This document shows, one piece after another, positions 62,796 to 64,000 of a stretch of 64,000 nucleotides of DNA. The notes under the pieces are model-generated. The model was not told where the DNA came from. It worked only from the letters and a program-made list of their open reading frames with translations, and searched no databases. The position numbers and the translations under genes are program-made. Within the stretch, counting starts at the first letter, position 1, and each line of letters opens with the position of its first letter. The stretch comes from Marsupella aquatica (taxonomy: Eukaryota; Plantae; Marchantiophyta). Location of the stretch: positions 10,447,874-10,511,873 of the forward strand of contig OZ316894.1 of NCBI GenBank assembly GCA_973895155.1, read 5' to 3'.

Positions 62796-63989
62796 ATGGG
62801 GACTTTCAAGCTTGGGGGACCCAAGTATGAAGTGACAAAGTATGATGGGCGCTCTGACTACTTGCTATGGGAGAAGCAGGTGAAGGGAGTGCTCTATGCA
62901 TCAGGGATGGGCCAACTGCTGAGCCCTCGTGAAGACGATGTTGATGAGAAACAATGGGACCGCATGCAGGAGCAGGCTCGGGGGGGTCACTATATGGAGG
63001 GTCATACATCGCGTGCGACGTTTTAGGGTTTGACCCCCCTAACTTTAAAGTGAAAAATATTTTTTTGCAAAGCCCTTTCTTTCTTAAAATTTTGTCATTT
63101 TTTTATTAAAAAACCCCTAAAAACTTTATAGAAAGTATTTTTTGCAATTAAATAGGCCTATGTGTTCTTTAAAGTCGACCAATCAATAAAACATGCCCTA
63201 TGTGTTCTTCCACCAAACTTTGGAAGTCTTCCGCCACACCCATTTAAATGGGCCTATACTTCGTCGCACGTGATGTGTCACTTCCGTGGAAGTGACCCCC
63301 CCGAGGGAGCAGGGAGTGTGGTGTGTTACACTCTATCTCATTCCTCCCATCATCAAGCAGTTGGGTGCACATAAGGATTGCATGTTCTTGTTTGCGGAAT
63401 TGCAGAGCAAATATCACCGCAAGGAGTTGTCGAACTGGCTCTACACTTCCTACAAACTGATGAGTTTCAGGATAAAGAAATCCGGTACGAAGTTGCAAGA
63501 CCATGTTGATGCTTTCAACGACATGGTCGTTGACTTGGAAAACCTTGGGGAGACTTTGAATGATGAGACAAAGGCTCTACGCTTCTCATTTCATTGCCTT
63601 CATCTTACCAGTCCCTATCACAAGTGTTGTTGCATCGTGATAGGGATACCATTTCATACAATGATGTGATAAGTTCTTTGCTTAGTGATGATCTTCAGCA
63701 GAAGATGCACATCACGTCACAGCCTTCATCATCTGGTGCTGCCCTCAATGTTAACCGTGGGAGGAGTATGCAGCGACCAACTGGGGACCGTAGAACCCAA
63801 TTTAGATCTAAATCCAGATCTAAGTCCAGGGGTAAATCCCCTCAGAGGAGGCAGGTGACATGTTGGAAGTGCAACCAAGTTGGACACTTCAAGCGAGACT
63901 ATAAGGGAAAGGCAGCGAAAACTTCATCGGCAAATGTGGCTAGGGCTGATGGAGAAGCTGATTTACTCAATGATGAGTATGTTTTATGA
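62796..63989 (+). pseudogene. Disrupted Copia gag (UBN2-type region and zinc knuckle)
   Basis: KYEVTKYDGRSDYLLWEKQVK...LQDHVDAFNDMVVDLENLG...SLPSSY...NRGRS...CWKCNQVGHFKRDY (last Cys changed to Tyr). Interrupted by the MITE at 62977, frameshift near 63582, TGA at 63987. Confidence 0.9.
62977..63305 (+). mobile_element. MITE, CTC-G(n) TIR family, subfamily A, inserted in Copia gag
   Basis: 329 bp; perfect 15-bp TIR CTCGGGGGGGTCACT; perfect 8-bp TSD GGAGCAGG (62969-62976, 63306-63313). Removing the element plus one TSD restores the gag frame (DRMQEQ-GVWCVTLYL). Confidence 0.96.
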
Positions 63990-64000
63990 AGCCGAGGGTA

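Larger units (their letters stand above)
60771..64000 (+). mobile_element. Ty1/Copia element, family 2, 5' part (LTR, PBS, ~1.6-kb leader, gag); runs off the right edge
   Basis: 5' LTR 60771-61115 (TG...CA, 345 bp), PBS directly after, and a Copia-type gag downstream. Confidence 0.93.

Overview
Eukaryotic land-plant nuclear DNA with intron-rich genes and TE-rich spacers; a bryophyte or other non-seed plant is a plausible but unproven guess. Four spliced genes were reconstructed by hand with phase-consistent GT-AG introns: PSAK (-, 3 exons, 137 aa), COX15 heme A synthase (+, 8 exons, 482 aa), a group X-like AP2/ERF transcription factor (-, 2 exons, ~549 aa) and a NIPA8-like Mg2+ transporter (-, 13 exons, 430 aa). 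The spacers hold two decayed Ty1/Copia elements, several solo or partial LTRs and many short tandem duplications. One Copia has a perfect 5-bp TSD, but its PBS/gag/protease region is replaced by a foreign LTR fragment; the other is cut by the right window edge. Three non-autonomous TIR elements share unusual CTC-G(n) termini, 8-bp TSDs and a subterminal CACGTGCGA motif. Best leads: this TIR family, a candidate micro-exon created by exon-end duplication in COX15, an AUG-stop uORF upstream of the Mg transporter, a possible Met-Cys N-degron start in the ERF, and two or three candidate structured non-coding transcription units. All alignments and foldings were done by eye; no database search was run. 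No rRNA, intact tRNA or CRISPR array was seen.
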